In this document: positions 14,813 to 24,285 of the stretch, piece by piece
Position numbering within the stretch: the stretch's first letter is position 1
Layout of the letters: every line of letters begins with the position of its first letter
Virus record (IMG/VR): IMGVR_UViG_3300010352_001575
Coordinates: 1 to 64,000 of that record
DNA length: 64,000 nucleotides
Source: a virus
Reading direction: 5' to 3' (one strand)
Translations under genes and position numbers: made by a program
Notes under the pieces: model-generated
What the model was told of the DNA's origin: nothing
Databases searched by the model: none
The model's input: only the letters and a program-made list of their open reading frames with translations

Positions 14813-14921
14813 TGGTGGACCCGCATGGAATTGAACCATCGCTTCGCTACCCTCCTCGCTTAGTTATCCTAGGTTCTTACGAGGTACTCTTGCTAACGCC
14901 CCGCTACCGGGGACAAGGCCC
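14813..14921 (-). ncRNA. tRNA-Ala-like RNA with extended non-canonical anticodon arm
   Basis: GGG/UCC-ACCA acceptor with G3-U70, T-arm ATGG-TTCAATT-CCAT, D-like CCCCG-GTAG-CGGGG. Confidence 0.65.
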
Positions 14922-14926
14922 AAAAT

Positions 14927-15472
14927 TTAAGAATGTTTGGCAACTACAGCCTTGCAGAACTCAATAAGCTCCGCATCTGAAAATTTGTTTTTAGCATGGT
15001 TAGCCATCAATGCGACAAACCTTATATTGTCACGCGTATAACCCTTACTTGAATCGATTCTATCCACACTAGCCCGATTAAAAGCAGAACTACCTCTTTT
15101 GATCCACGTCAAAGGTTTTACCATATGCCATCCGGTAAGAGGACATATACCTTTCTGAGCGCCCCAAGTCTCTTTCAAATCTTCTGGAGTTATCTCGCAC
15201 AACTTGCCGCTCTTTGCGCAGCGCTGTTTGATGATGTGCACATAGTATCTGAAAGAAGTTAGCTCGGTAGAAGTCTTTGAATTGACAGGTCTCGTATGTT
15301 TAGTGTACATATATTTGCCTAGCCAGACCGGTTTGTGCCTGCGTAAGCCTTTTCCTGCACACTTACGACCACAAAATAAGTGCTTACCCTTTTTTACATG
15401 AGATCGATTGTATTCTGCGATAGACCTCACAAAATTCCTACCACACTGCTCGCACTTCAACGTTATATGCAT
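14927..15472 (-). CDS. HNH-like (His-Me finger) homing endonuclease
   Basis: N-terminal CEQCG..FCGRKC; QKGICPLTG, SVDRIDSSKGYTRDNIRFV..ANHAKN. Confidence 0.8.
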   Translation of the reverse strand: MHITLKCEQCGRNFVRSIAEYNRSHVKKGKHLFCGRKCAGKGLRRHKPVWLGKYMYTKHTRPVNSKTSTELTSFRYYVHIIKQRCAKSGKLCEITPEDLKETWGAQKGICPLTGWHMVKPLTWIKRGSSAFNRASVDRIDSSKGYTRDNIRFVALMANHAKNKFSDAELIEFCKAVVAKHS

Positions 15473-15477
15473 AAATT

Positions 15478-15866
15478 TGGTGGACTCGCCGACCATCGCA
15501 GATCGGGTCCGACATAGGACGTCAATGGGTTTCTACGTTCATATCCAGTAAGAGTGTACTGGAACACATAGGGCGCCTAGACTCTGGCGCCTCCACCAGT
15601 CTCGGTGTTACTTGACGGAGTACGAGACATATCCGTCCCAAGGCCCTTTCTTCAATACCGGGAATGTGAAAGGACTGAAAGACTTCCCGGCGGGTTGCTT
15701 AGGCTACCGCGAGCTCCGTTTTTGCAAACGCACGCTCTACGATTTCAGAAGCCTGATTCAACAGTGAGTTGTCAGTTATTGTTTGACCCGGTTTTAGCGA
15801 GGCCCGTGTCATCCTCGGAACGCTGCCCATCAGCTTCAGCTACGCCGTCGAAACTAATTCGAGCCC
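15478..15866 (-). ncRNA. ssrA: tmRNA; tag (A)DNSLLNQASEIVERAFAKTELAVA
   Basis: 5' GGGCTCGA..TTTCGAC, 3' GAGTCCACCA with G3-U70, ATAACT-G resume context, tag ORF 15773-15699 ending LAVA-stop. Confidence 0.92.
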
Positions 15867-16229
15867 ATAATGACCCGCCGATTTGCGCTTGTCCTTGCGG
15901 ATAGAGGCGTGGCGGGTACTGTTGCCAACACAGAACTGCCACCGCGCAGAAGTTTATTGCCCTCGCCTGTTGGCTGGTCTGGCAAGTAATCATCGCGGCA
16001 TATAAGGAAATCGCTGTTTAATACTGGTACAGCGATCGAAACCTTTGTAGGTTCCTACCAATGGCAGGAACACCGCACCCGTTCCCGGCTTTCCACCGGG
16101 GTCTCTCGTTTTAGTGCCTGAGCGTATGAGCTCCTCTACTAAACGGGTATCGTGTAGAGCGTCTTCTTAGGCGGTTTTCCCGCCTGACGAACCCACGAAC
16201 AAATTGTCAATTACTACCCTACAACTAAT

Positions 16230-16258
16230 ATCTTATAAAATTTTCCGGTGCGTGTCAA
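16230..16258 (-). promoter_or_regulatory. sigma70-like promoter heading the RNA island
   Basis: TTGACA-17 nt-TAAGAT with AT-rich upstream element. Confidence 0.8.
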
Positions 16259-16318
16259 GCATTATTTTCAGAAACTCAAAATAGTCAACACACCTATATT
16301 TAATAATTTTATATAATA

Positions 16319-16747
16319 TTATACTACCTTTATGTAAATCTCTTTCGGGTCTGCGTGCGTGCATAGCTCGTTACTGGCGTCGTATTTTAGTCCAGTTCCT
16401 GGCTTGATGTGCTCACAGCTATCTTCTGACTTAGAGATTTCTTTTCCGCAAACCTTACAGACAACACTAGCCGTGTCTATCGTATATCCGCTAACGATGT
16501 ACTTTGGGTTTGGAACCTCGATAAGACCAATGATTGCAGCCGGCTTGTCTTTAACCGCGGGCTCGAAACTAGCAGATATTATCTTGCCAATAACAGGACC
16601 AGCTACTGGACCAGCTGCCCAGGGCGGGTTGTCCAGCTTAACAGGCATTCCAACAAACTTCTCAGCAGCTTCTTTCAGTGCGTCGTCAGACCAGTAATTG
16701 TTGCCGAAGTCTGGCCCAGATGTCATTAGGACTACTTCTGTTAACAT
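16319..16747 (-). CDS. hypothetical protein, possibly related to phage prohead proteases
   Basis: ALKEAAEKFVGMPV..IGKII..CKVCG..CEHIKPG pattern recalled from phage protease-like proteins. Confidence 0.45.
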   Translation of the reverse strand: MLTEVVLMTSGPDFGNNYWSDDALKEAAEKFVGMPVKLDNPPWAAGPVAGPVIGKIISASFEPAVKDKPAAIIGLIEVPNPKYIVSGYTIDTASVVCKVCGKEISKSEDSCEHIKPGTGLKYDASNELCTHADPKEIYIKVV

Positions 16748-17046
16748 TTCTTTCCTCCGTCCAACAGTTCTAGCTCTATGGTTGTTCTAGGCGGGCCGAT
16801 AGGCATGCGGCGTGCCATATTCCTATATGTGCTTGTAATATCCTGATCAACCTGAACCTGTGTGCAATACGCTGAGTACGTGTGGTTATCACTCCCCCAT
16901 CCTTATTAGCTCCACCCCATGCTCGTGAACTTTATGCACCTTCCATGTTCTGACATTAACCAAGTGGCCATCGTACAATATGTCTTTTCCTAATGCGAAG
17001 TCTCTGGCGAAATACGCCTGCCAGGCGCTTATTGGAATGTGTATTA

Positions 17047-18063
17047 TCATTTCGCAAACCCTACCTCACTAGATTTTAAGTACTGGGAGCTATCCGCGCT
17101 GGCCTTATTCTGCTCCCTCAGCCTCTCCAGAGTTTCCTCGAACGAGTTATCCAAGCACTTCACGCTGATAACTAGCTCTGCAAGCGCGGCAAACGATAGC
17201 CCGTTTGTTTTTTCTACCCAGGTGTCTAGGTCTCCATTGGATATCTTGAGGCGCTGCTCTAAGTACACTCTGCGTATATCTGCGCTCGGGCATCCTATTT
17301 TTATTATGCGATCAAAGCGCCGCGGCCGAGCTATGATACGCTTGGATACTTTTTCAGGGAAGTTGGTAGTAGCAATGTTCAGCACGTGGTCCACAGTGTT
17401 CTCGCCGTCCAGTGCTGATAACAAGCTCTCTTCTCCGTACTCGTTGCACAGCGCGTCGATATCCTCAAACACGCAAACCAAAGGCCGGTGGCACTCCACA
17501 GCCCTAAAGGCGGTCAGCGCGCGAGATACCAACCGAGTGTTCTTCACCAGTAGCACTATGCCCTTATCTGCCACTAGATTTTTGATAACTTGCTGGACGA
17601 TACAGGTTTTCCCGCCTCCGGGAGGTCCCCATAGCAGCATACCCCTTCTGTGCAGGAAGCCATAGTGCTTGAAATCTTTTTCTCGATTCCAGAATTTCTT
17701 GATCTCGTTGAAAATGGCAGCATCAGTACCGTTCTCGAAGGCAATGATATCGTCTACATTTAAGTCCTGCCACTCGAACAATGGTTGTCCCGCATCGGTT
17801 TGTCTTGCGACAGTATACGCACCTGGCGATAGCGTCTTCCTAGTACCTGGAACCGCTATGAATGTATTGCCACCGTCTCCCATAGCCGCCCACTGGCATA
17901 GCTTGGATGTGCTTGTCTCAGTTCGCTCGCGTTTGGGTGACGAAAGTTCTATAGGTGCTTGTCCACAAGTAGCACTAACCGATTGGCTCTCTGTACCAAA
18001 CGCGGCTAAATCAACTCCCAGATTTTCCTTTGGGAACCTTACTTCTTTGGGATCTTGTTGCAT
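17047..18063 (-). CDS. AAA+ ATPase
   Basis: RRGMLLWGPPGGGKT, VFEDID, IATTN and RPRRFDR motifs. Confidence 0.9.
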   Translation of the reverse strand: MQQDPKEVRFPKENLGVDLAAFGTESQSVSATCGQAPIELSSPKRERTETSTSKLCQWAAMGDGGNTFIAVPGTRKTLSPGAYTVARQTDAGQPLFEWQDLNVDDIIAFENGTDAAIFNEIKKFWNREKDFKHYGFLHRRGMLLWGPPGGGKTCIVQQVIKNLVADKGIVLLVKNTRLVSRALTAFRAVECHRPLVCVFEDIDALCNEYGEESLLSALDGENTVDHVLNIATTNFPEKVSKRIIARPRRFDRIIKIGCPSADIRRVYLEQRLKISNGDLDTWVEKTNGLSFAALAELVISVKCLDNSFEETLERLREQNKASADSSQYLKSSEVGFAK

Positions 18064-18324
18064 TTTATCTCCAGTGCTGCTTTCTATGGTTTAAGAACTT
18101 TCTTGTCAGCTCTTGCGGGCTCTTCTTTGGTGGTATTGACTTCTGGGCCGTCTGCAGCTCTTTATCGCTATACTGGGATGGATAGCCTCTAACTTTGTCG
18201 CCTGCTCTGACAGACATATATTCCCCAGTAGAGGTATGCGCGCAGGTAATATCACAGTATCTGCATTGAGAGCTATTCACAGACTGACCAGTCTCAGGAC
18301 AGTTCCAGCGATAATCATCCATAG

Positions 18325-18765
18325 CTATGTCCACAAGTCCCTAAAGTATTTTCCGAAGTACGCATAAGCTTTGTTTTTGCGTTCGAAGTACGCGGTTCTT
18401 GCCGCCTCTTCGTGCGGATAATCCCAGCTATCCTTTAGATCTTCTTGCATAACCCACAAGATCTCTTTCAATATCTTGGTCCACTCCTCGGAAGTTATGT
18501 CCGCCGGATAGCCGCAAGATCTGCGTACCATCCACTTGAGTGGGCCTATCGTCTTCTCGCAAATGTGCGAGTATAGCGACCACCAAGCCACCTCGTTGAA
18601 ACCAAGTTTTATCAGGTCGGATACGGCCTTAGCACGACGAGTAGGCTTGTCTATTTGCCGGCAGGTACTGTCTATCTCTTTTTGCCAGTATAGAGTCTTA
18701 GGTATCTTGGTCCCGCGCGGGACGAATAGTTCTATCTTCTTCCAATTGTTTTTATTTAATTTCAT
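18325..18765 (-). CDS. hypothetical phage protein
   Basis: 146 aa, ends FGKYFRDLW. Confidence 0.65.
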   Translation of the reverse strand: MKLNKNNWKKIELFVPRGTKIPKTLYWQKEIDSTCRQIDKPTRRAKAVSDLIKLGFNEVAWWSLYSHICEKTIGPLKWMVRRSCGYPADITSEEWTKILKEILWVMQEDLKDSWDYPHEEAARTAYFERKNKAYAYFGKYFRDLWT

Positions 18766-19185
18766 GGCAAGTCCTCGTCATAAGTTGGTAAGGTATTAGG
18801 GTCTATTTTGAGTATAAGTCCTTGTTTTAGTAATCTCTGATACGCGCCTTTTTTAGGCCATTTAGGGTACTTACGCGACGTAAGGAACCACCTTTTAATA
18901 ACCTCATCCGATTTTCCTGCTAGCATCTTTTTGAAATCGGCTTTAGTTGCCTTTATTTTTCGCATTTTAGTATCACCTTCTTCTTAACCTCAGGTATCAA
19001 TCCGCTCGGATGTCCCTCAGATATTTCTTTGCAATCTTTCATTGCTGTCTTCTTAGTGCTGAATACCGGCAGGAAGCCAATACATCCATTGGCGTAATTC
19101 TCTGCCTTGAACGTAGCAGGAAAAGGCAATCCCGCAAAACAAAATTTCGACACTATGCGATGAGATACATATATCTTTGGTAGTT

Positions 19186-19671
19186 TCATTTCTGTGCTCC
19201 AATAAAGTTACCCGTGGATACAAATGTGTTTGTCGCGCTAAGCTCGTCAACAGTGGCCCAAGGCCTGCGGCACTCTTTGTTAGCGCACTCTTCCTTGTTC
19301 GCTATCTCCACCTGCAGCGATTCGGTCTTGGTTTTGCAAACGCAGACTGACTCTTTCTCGTTGCCTGTGCACTTCCACTTAGCAGTGCAGCCGAAGAACT
19401 TCGGCATCGCTGGCTTGGTTTTGGCTAGTCTCTCCTTCTCCGTTTGCTGAACAAAGTCGTAATGGGACATTTGCTCAGATATTGCGCCGTCTTTCAGAAC
19501 AACAACATCAGCGCTGAAGTACATATAAGCACCAGTCTTCTTGAGCAGCTCTTCCTTGCTCTTATATATTTCTACTTTTTTTAGTGTTGCGTAGGATGTC
19601 GCACTACCCCCTTCGGGATAGTAAGTAGTAGGCATACAAGCCGCAAACACTAGCAATATCGTTGTATTCAT
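19186..19671 (-). CDS. putative lipoprotein
   Basis: hydrophobic N-terminus with FAAC. Confidence 0.55.
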   Translation of the reverse strand: MNTTILLVFAACMPTTYYPEGGSATSYATLKKVEIYKSKEELLKKTGAYMYFSADVVVLKDGAISEQMSHYDFVQQTEKERLAKTKPAMPKFFGCTAKWKCTGNEKESVCVCKTKTESLQVEIANKEECANKECRRPWATVDELSATNTFVSTGNFIGAQK

Positions 19672-20093
19672 TTCACGCTCCTAAATTCTTCTGGGCCGTT
19701 AATAAAATCAGCACAGAAGTTATTCTTAAACTGGGCGCGGGCGGTGTACCCGTCGACAAGCACACCCTCGTTTACGTGGTGATACAGCATCACCTGATCA
19801 AATGCCTTGCAAACCTCAGGCATATTAACCGATGCCTTAATCCGCACCTCTGTAGGTTTTTCTATGGTTATCAAGTCCCAGGAATGGCTGGTCCTGCTGA
19901 CTTTTAGATACCCAGCAAAGGTCGCAGAACTTGACACCACAGAGCCAAAGACTTGGGATGCAGTCAAGTCACCTTCCAGGTTACTAAACGCTTTTGTAGA
20001 CTTATGACTACAGGCTACATATCCCGCCACTACCGCGATACCTATCGCAACCAGCATCGCATAAGCATCCAGCATGTTTAGCTTTCTCATCAT
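19668..20093 (-). CDS. membrane-anchored hypothetical protein
   Basis: N-terminal TM segment. Confidence 0.6.
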   Translation of the reverse strand: MMRKLNMLDAYAMLVAIGIAVVAGYVACSHKSTKAFSNLEGDLTASQVFGSVVSSSATFAGYLKVSRTSHSWDLITIEKPTEVRIKASVNMPEVCKAFDQVMLYHHVNEGVLVDGYTARAQFKNNFCADFINGPEEFRSVK

Positions 20094-20602
20094 ATCTCCT
20101 TGTTTTCGTACGACTCGTCTAACATTGTTCCATATATCGGCCGGATATGCCGGTTCTTAACGCTTGGTTCGGAAGTATTCACAAGCTTAGAACTTGTATC
20201 TGTTTCGTTTACTGGTTCAGCAACTTTGGGCTGATAGCTACTTTTATTTTCGCATTTATCACACTCTTTACCCCAGGGGTCTGAGAAGTGAGCACACTCG
20301 TGGCACAACATAGCGCGCACCATTTTGTTAAGGTCAACAATATGGTCTGCCGTTTCCAGTACCCGCCTTGCCTCGTCCATAGCCTTGGCAAAGTAGTGCC
20401 AATCAACACAATCACCATCGCAGCAAGTTTCAGGACCGCAGATATGGTCAGGAGGCTTGGGGCCGTAATGCTCAGCAATCCCTATGAGACTTTTACAGAC
20501 CTCTACCAGACTTTTAACTGTTGCTTCCCTGTACTTACGAACGCGGGCGCAAGATGCATCCGCACAATTTTCAGCCCCAACACAAGCACACCCATCGTTC
20601 AT
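20090..20602 (-). CDS. Cys-rich hypothetical protein
   Basis: 170-aa ORF with ATGA overlaps. Confidence 0.6.
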   Translation of the reverse strand: MNDGCACVGAENCADASCARVRKYREATVKSLVEVCKSLIGIAEHYGPKPPDHICGPETCCDGDCVDWHYFAKAMDEARRVLETADHIVDLNKMVRAMLCHECAHFSDPWGKECDKCENKSSYQPKVAEPVNETDTSSKLVNTSEPSVKNRHIRPIYGTMLDESYENKEI

Positions 20603-20919
20603 CTCTTCCTCCGCTTAGCTTCTTTTTCGTACTTGGCAACCAGCTGGTCTACCCGCTTTTCGTTAAACTCAACCCTCGCCCAGTCCTCTAGTGCGTGAAA
20701 AACTTCGTGCATTAGTACCTGTGCCACAAAGTACGGTAATTCTTTTGGAGCTATGTCTTTGGACTTAACCAGTCCTAAAAGATTGCCAATATCCAGTCCG
20801 ACCAATGCCTTGCCTGTGCTAGATATCCTTTTGCCGGCCTGGTAAAACGCGAACCCAGGACTGAAGTTTGTTTGGTATACTCGTATCTTTATGGATGGCT
20901 TTAGCTTCTTTTTCACCAT
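20599..20919 (-). CDS. small protein with HExxH motif
   Basis: VLMHEVFHALE. Confidence 0.55.
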   Translation of the reverse strand: MVKKKLKPSIKIRVYQTNFSPGFAFYQAGKRISSTGKALVGLDIGNLLGLVKSKDIAPKELPYFVAQVLMHEVFHALEDWARVEFNEKRVDQLVAKYEKEAKRRKR

Positions 20920-20924
20920 GCCTC

Positions 20925-21488
20925 CTATTTGTTAGCCCGATATACCACAATATCGCTATGGTACAAAGTTTTCCTCGCCGAGTCAAGATTGTAGGTGAAG
21001 ATATCTACGCTGTTCTTCAGCCTGACATTCATAGTATCCTCGACACGATAGCAAGTACCAGTCTTTATGACGCACAGTATGTCCCCGTAGCCTACTAGCT
21101 TGCGCACTAACAGGTCCTGAGATACGGCGATGCTCCCCTCATACACTAGCGTCCCGCGCGCGCCTAGGTTCGGTGTACTATCCGTTTCCTCGACGCGGTT
21201 GGTATATGCTGTCACCCTGATATTGGGTATCGTTTTGACGGTATAACCAGTCTTGGCCGACAGGCGCTGCAATGTCAATATGTTTATATCGGCAGTCTGA
21301 GAGAATACAGGCACCGCTGGTACCTGTCTTTTGGCGCTTATAACTCCGGCAAAGTACACAGCACAGCCGAATATAGCTATAGCTACTGCTTGGGTAGCTT
21401 TCTTGCGCACTGTGAGCCAGGTGTGCTTTCTCCGCCAATGATGCTTGTGCCGGTGCTTTATCACTGCCTCAGTTTTAGGTTCTTCCAT
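20925..21488 (-). CDS. 3D-domain (Asp-Asp-Asp) cell-wall hydrolase-like protein
   Basis: TM anchor, VTAYT..ETDSTP, IAVSQDL, YRVEDTMN and VDIF motifs. Confidence 0.8.
   Translation of the reverse strand: MEEPKTEAVIKHRHKHHWRRKHTWLTVRKKATQAVAIAIFGCAVYFAGVISAKRQVPAVPVFSQTADINILTLQRLSAKTGYTVKTIPNIRVTAYTNRVEETDSTPNLGARGTLVYEGSIAVSQDLLVRKLVGYGDILCVIKTGTCYRVEDTMNVRLKNSVDIFTYNLDSARKTLYHSDIVVYRANK
20958..20986 (-). promoter_or_regulatory. sigma70-like internal promoter
   Basis: TTGACT-17 nt-TACCAT with the shared GAAAACTTTG spacer. Confidence 0.55.
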
Positions 21489-21497
21489 AGTACCTCC

Positions 21498-22361
21498 CTA
21501 GTCTTTAGCCACTTCTGATTCTGTAGCAAGCGTATAATCCCATTCCCCACGAGTTCCAACTAGGCTAAACTCGTGCCGTTCAGTTTCTTCAACCTTGTAT
21601 ACTGCTACTGATTCTCCAGGAGACACCCAACTTCTGTGATCATTGTATGCTATTCGCTCGGTAGATACATACCGAGACATTCTGCCCCGTACTATTATGT
21701 TATCTCCGGAATACTTTGCTGGATCTATTTTCAACAAACACACTAAGGTACCTCTGCCGTACAGCACCCCGTCGTACTCTCGTATGGGGTGGTCAGATAT
21801 GTACGCGATATGTTTGCTCACATACCGAGCCAACTGGTGCCCTCTAGGGACATCAGCCACTTTTGAGTTAATGCAGCTATCCCACTTGGCAAACTTATAC
21901 CTTAAGTCGTTTAACTGATCACGTAGCCACCTAGCATTAACGAGCTTGTCTTTTTTAAGCTCGGACCGCGGCACCTCATACAGAACCCATACTGATACTT
22001 TATCTGAAGAGTTGGTGACATACTGCCCAGCTCTTCGCAGCTTAGAAGCGCTCAGATAAGACACCTGCCGTCGTGTAAGACTAACCGACGGAGCGGCGGT
22101 GTTGGTAGTTTCTCTGGATTCCTCGAACTCTATAGTAGTCTGGATATAGTCAGCTGCTTGTTTTTTGACTTCCAGAATAGCTTTGTCAACCGCCTTGTTA
22201 ATATCTGCTGCGTCAGACCCAACCCCCACAAAGTAGACATACGCCTTTGTAGGGGGCGGCGCGCTATTAACCCAATCCGGCAGAGGGCTAGCTACTAGGT
22301 TCTGCCCACATACCGGCACTGCAGTACCCAACAATAAGATAGCTAGCCATCTGTTTATCAT
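21498..22361 (-). CDS. secreted protein with LPP20-like N-terminal domain
   Basis: signal peptide, PDWV..YFVGVG..A..A pattern. Confidence 0.6.
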   Translation of the reverse strand: MINRWLAILLLGTAVPVCGQNLVASPLPDWVNSAPPPTKAYVYFVGVGSDAADINKAVDKAILEVKKQAADYIQTTIEFEESRETTNTAAPSVSLTRRQVSYLSASKLRRAGQYVTNSSDKVSVWVLYEVPRSELKKDKLVNARWLRDQLNDLRYKFAKWDSCINSKVADVPRGHQLARYVSKHIAYISDHPIREYDGVLYGRGTLVCLLKIDPAKYSGDNIIVRGRMSRYVSTERIAYNDHRSWVSPGESVAVYKVEETERHEFSLVGTRGEWDYTLATESEVAKD

Positions 22362-22362
22362 A

Positions 22363-22992
22363 CTATTCCTGTTTAGTAGCAGTTGCGCTAGGCGCAGCCG
22401 CTGGTTTGTTGAGGTTGGCCCACGCCTTCTCCAACACTATCTCCGCCTTTGCGTCCTGGGCCGCCCTTAGCGCACTGATGGCAGACTCGTACACCCGAGC
22501 CCTGGCTTCAGCGTAGTCTGCATTGCTAATGCTAACCAACGCATAGCAATTGTATGCATACTTAACCCCATCTTCGAGCTTCTCTTCCTGCTGCTCGTAG
22601 TAGGTGTCTTCCAGACGGATACCAGAGACATCTATGTTCTCGGACACCTTCACAATAGCGCTACGCACGTTTGACCCACCACGGTCCGTGACATTATTAC
22701 CAACCATAGCACTCCCGAACTCAACCCGGATCTTCTGCTTTATTTGCTCAACCAACTCTTTCTCTGCTTCTGCCTTGGCTTCGCGAATGCCTAGTGCCAT
22801 ATCCAGCCTATCACTAACAATGCCACGATAGAACATCTTCTTATCCTTCTCGAAGTACGGCGCCTTGGCCCAGGAAGGTATTGAACCGCCCGGGAACGAG
22901 GCTACAACTTTGCGGCTTCCAACCGGCACGCTAGTACAAGCGGCCAACCCCAACAGACTAACGCACAACAATCCAACTATTGTTTTATTCAT
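22363..22992 (-). CDS. LPP20-like lipoprotein
   Basis: LAAC lipobox, PSW, A..EA..ELVEQI..YALV pattern. Confidence 0.65.
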   Translation of the reverse strand: MNKTIVGLLCVSLLGLAACTSVPVGSRKVVASFPGGSIPSWAKAPYFEKDKKMFYRGIVSDRLDMALGIREAKAEAEKELVEQIKQKIRVEFGSAMVGNNVTDRGGSNVRSAIVKVSENIDVSGIRLEDTYYEQQEEKLEDGVKYAYNCYALVSISNADYAEARARVYESAISALRAAQDAKAEIVLEKAWANLNKPAAAPSATATKQE

Positions 22993-23441
22993 ATTTTGTC
23001 CTTTGTGTTCCTGGCTAATTTTTCTGCCTCGATTGTGTACTTGTTGTATATCTCCTCATTGTCTATTGGAAGAAATACACAACAAGTGTCTTTGATATCG
23101 CGAATGTTGGGTATGTCGCCTATCCTCTTACCTTTTGCGTCTATGATTTTCCACATAACGGCATACCGGAATTCTTTCCAAGTATTAGGAGATACAATAG
23201 CTGCAGCTCTTTGTACTCCGATTGGTATGCCTTTATCGGCATCGCTTACGACAATATCCGCCACTATAGTGGCGAATATTGACAGCTTGGCTGGGTCCAT
23301 TATGGCTTGGCTGACTATGCGGCGAGTTTGTTCTAGTTTTGTCAGCTCGGTGTCCCCAAAACAAACCGTGCTATAGTCAGCATAGTTATTCCACGGGTGC
23401 AGCGTATTTTTAACATCCGACTCCCACTCCTTTTCCGTCAT
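22989..23441 (-). CDS. hypothetical protein
   Basis: 150-aa ORF in the gene chain. Confidence 0.65.
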   Translation of the reverse strand: MTEKEWESDVKNTLHPWNNYADYSTVCFGDTELTKLEQTRRIVSQAIMDPAKLSIFATIVADIVVSDADKGIPIGVQRAAAIVSPNTWKEFRYAVMWKIIDAKGKRIGDIPNIRDIKDTCCVFLPIDNEEIYNKYTIEAEKLARNTKDKI

Positions 23442-23829
23442 TTTGCCTCCTCAGACTTATTCAGTTCAGACTGGTCCAGCTGAGTCTGGCCAGTATACGC
23501 GTTCTCTTTCAAATCTTCACTTCCCTCAGGTGTTTCTTTCACATCTAGCAGCCCTCTGTCGTTAAGGTACTCTCGGGCTATCGCCCACGACTCATCAGTC
23601 TCCGGCGCCGTAGTAATAACCTGGTAGAACTTCTTGCCCTTTATCTTTCTCCTCGACTTCATGCACAAAGATCTATGACCTTTGGAGATAAAGATATTGC
23701 AAACATCCAGAGCCACCTTCTGGTCGAATGCGTACAAAGCCACCCGGGATGGGCCTGATGATTTTTGCATCTTGAACTTCGGTTCGTCGAACACCTCGTG
23801 CAGCTGTTTTTCAGTATTAGTATCCATTA

Positions 23830-24285
23830 CTATGCCTCCTTGTAATCTGGCCTTCCGCAATAAATGCACTCTTCTCCGTCATGTCCTCGCTCGCTGTCAA
23901 ACACGCAGCGACCTATTGGGCTCTTCCTGCATGTCTTCCAAAAATCAACATGGTCTAGTGTTTTTGGAAGACCACCTATTTCAACTAGCTTTGTTACTAT
24001 CTCCTCCATGTCTGCGAACGGCTGCATAGTAGAAAACCCGTCCGATTTCTTCATTGCAGCAGTATGCTCTTTGCTGGCCTTTTTGAACTTGTTCCATAGC
24101 TCTACCACAGCAGGTTTAGCTACTGGAGGTTTGGACTCTATAAACTGAACGCCCCAGATGCTTTTAGGCGTTATTGTAACGCCTCCGCGGTCATTCTGAA
24201 GCACAATAGCGAACTCGTCTGATGTAGATTCAGGATGGGCGTGGTTAATCGACTCCAGGCACCCTATTAATTCCCACAGTTTCAC
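23830..24285 (-). CDS. hypothetical protein with C-terminal C..SPIG.C..C..CG motif
   Basis: motif shared with ORF 61246-61515. Confidence 0.6.
   Translation of the reverse strand: MKLWELIGCLESINHAHPESTSDEFAIVLQNDRGGVTITPKSIWGVQFIESKPPVAKPAVVELWNKFKKASKEHTAAMKKSDGFSTMQPFADMEEIVTKLVEIGGLPKTLDHVDFWKTCRKSPIGRCVFDSERGHDGEECIYCGRPDYKEA

Noticed and set aside
5900-16000. ORF-track entries overlapping tRNA, tmRNA and Y RNA genes
   Set aside because: Explained by structured RNAs; no RBS or protein motifs.
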